Of a stretch of 64,000 nt of DNA, positions 63,406 through 64,000 are shown one piece after another; the first letter of the stretch is position 1, and the number at the start of each line of letters is the position of its first letter. This stretch comes from an archaeon UBA583 (GTDB lineage Archaea; Nanobdellota; Nanobdellia; Woesearchaeales; UBA583): the NCBI GenBank assembly GCA_002506365.1, contig DAXK01000045.1, positions 6,301-70,300 on the forward strand, read 5' to 3'. Under the pieces are notes generated by a model. That model was not told where the DNA came from. It saw only the letters and a list, made by a program, of their open reading frames with translations, and did not search any database. A program made the position numbers and the translations under genes.

Positions 63406-63795
63406 ATGGTAAGAACAGATTTAATTCAAATTCTTGATAAAATTTTAACACAAAGAATAAAACAAGATTTTAATATTGACAAACAATCAAAAAATTTATT
63501 TAAAGTAAATACAGATTTAGAACACATAGGGCTCCAAAATCTAATAGGACATTATGATGAAACATTCACACTAGAACATCACAACCCAGTAAATAAAGCT
63601 CAATTTTCGTCAAATAAAACACAACAATACTCCAAACCATACGAATTTGGAAAAGTTAATTTAAGATATACTGATAATGGTGTTGATATAATCACAAAAC
63701 TATGTTGTGGAAAAAAAATTAAACTATCAATCCCTCAACAATTTTTAGATAAATCTAATGAATATAATGTAATGGGTGAACATTTTGTATATTAA
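63406..63795 (+). CDS. Hypothetical protein (129 aa)
   Basis: ORF only. Confidence 0.35.
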   Translation: MVRTDLIQILDKILTQRIKQDFNIDKQSKNLFKVNTDLEHIGLQNLIGHYDETFTLEHHNPVNKAQFSSNKTQQYSKPYEFGKVNLRYTDNGVDIITKLCCGKKIKLSIPQQFLDKSNEYNVMGEHFVY

Positions 63796-64000
63796 AAATA
63801 AATAATATAAATAATTTAAAGTAAACCAAAATAAAATAAAAATTGAAACAAAAAATTAAACGAAGACAACAAAAACTAACAAATTCATTATGTGAAATAT
63901 TAGAAAATGAAATATTGGATAAAATTTCAAAAAAAGATTTTATTGATCTTGAAACTCAAAGTTTAATCTTAGAAGATTTAGACTTTATGGACATATATAC

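Noticed and set aside
1-64000. CRISPR arrays, IS elements, transposases and integrases
   Set aside because: No regularly spaced short repeats, no ORF with DDE, tyrosine or serine recombinase motifs, and no terminal inverted repeats around candidate insertions.
63840-64000. Possible 3'-truncated ORF at the window end (…KLKQKIKRRQQKLTNSLCEILENEILDKISKKDF…)
   Set aside because: No ATG start is visible in frame within the window; it would need a non-canonical start. Too short to support.

Overview
AT-rich archaeal chromosome segment, most likely from a small-genome DPANN-type archaeon (Woese-/Pace-/Nanoarchaeota-like). The direct evidence is a complete A-type ATP synthase operon (atpH-I-[insertion]-K-E-C-F-A-B-D), an archaeal/eukaryotic-type FEN1, and six proteins with archaeal class III (prepilin-like) signal peptides. 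Housekeeping genes: ArgRS (5' partial at the window start), tRNA-dihydrouridine synthase, DEAD-box helicase, a Ygr210/YchF-type GTPase, oligoendopeptidase F, 3-methyladenine glycosylase Tag and two metallophosphoesterases. The surface and secretome complement is large: LamG-domain adhesin-like proteins, two giant membrane-anchored S8 subtilases, lipobox lipoproteins, a DsbA-like oxidoreductase and a Tat-secreted lytic-transglycosylase (SLT) domain protein. I found no rRNA, tRNA, CRISPR array, transposase, integrase or reverse transcriptase. The findings worth a second look are: (1) a perfect 100-bp-period tandem duplication of the atpI 3' end plus an opposite-strand gene splitting the ATPase operon; (2) two GC-rich roughly 95-130 bp islands, each bracketed by long direct repeats of local sequence and sharing a core motif (candidate miniature element or ncRNA family); (3) a protein with two degenerate HIT-like domains that lack the histidine triad; (4) a roughly 6.4-kb island bounded by inverted paralogous membrane proteins and carrying a PTP/DUSP phosphatase, a SEC-C protein, an acidic lipoprotein, the Tat-SLT enzyme and a possible HEPN (Rx4H) protein; (5) pilin-like families with a conserved promoter motif and tandem variable-C-terminus paralogs. 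Most functional calls rest on motif recognition by eye and need profile searches to confirm.
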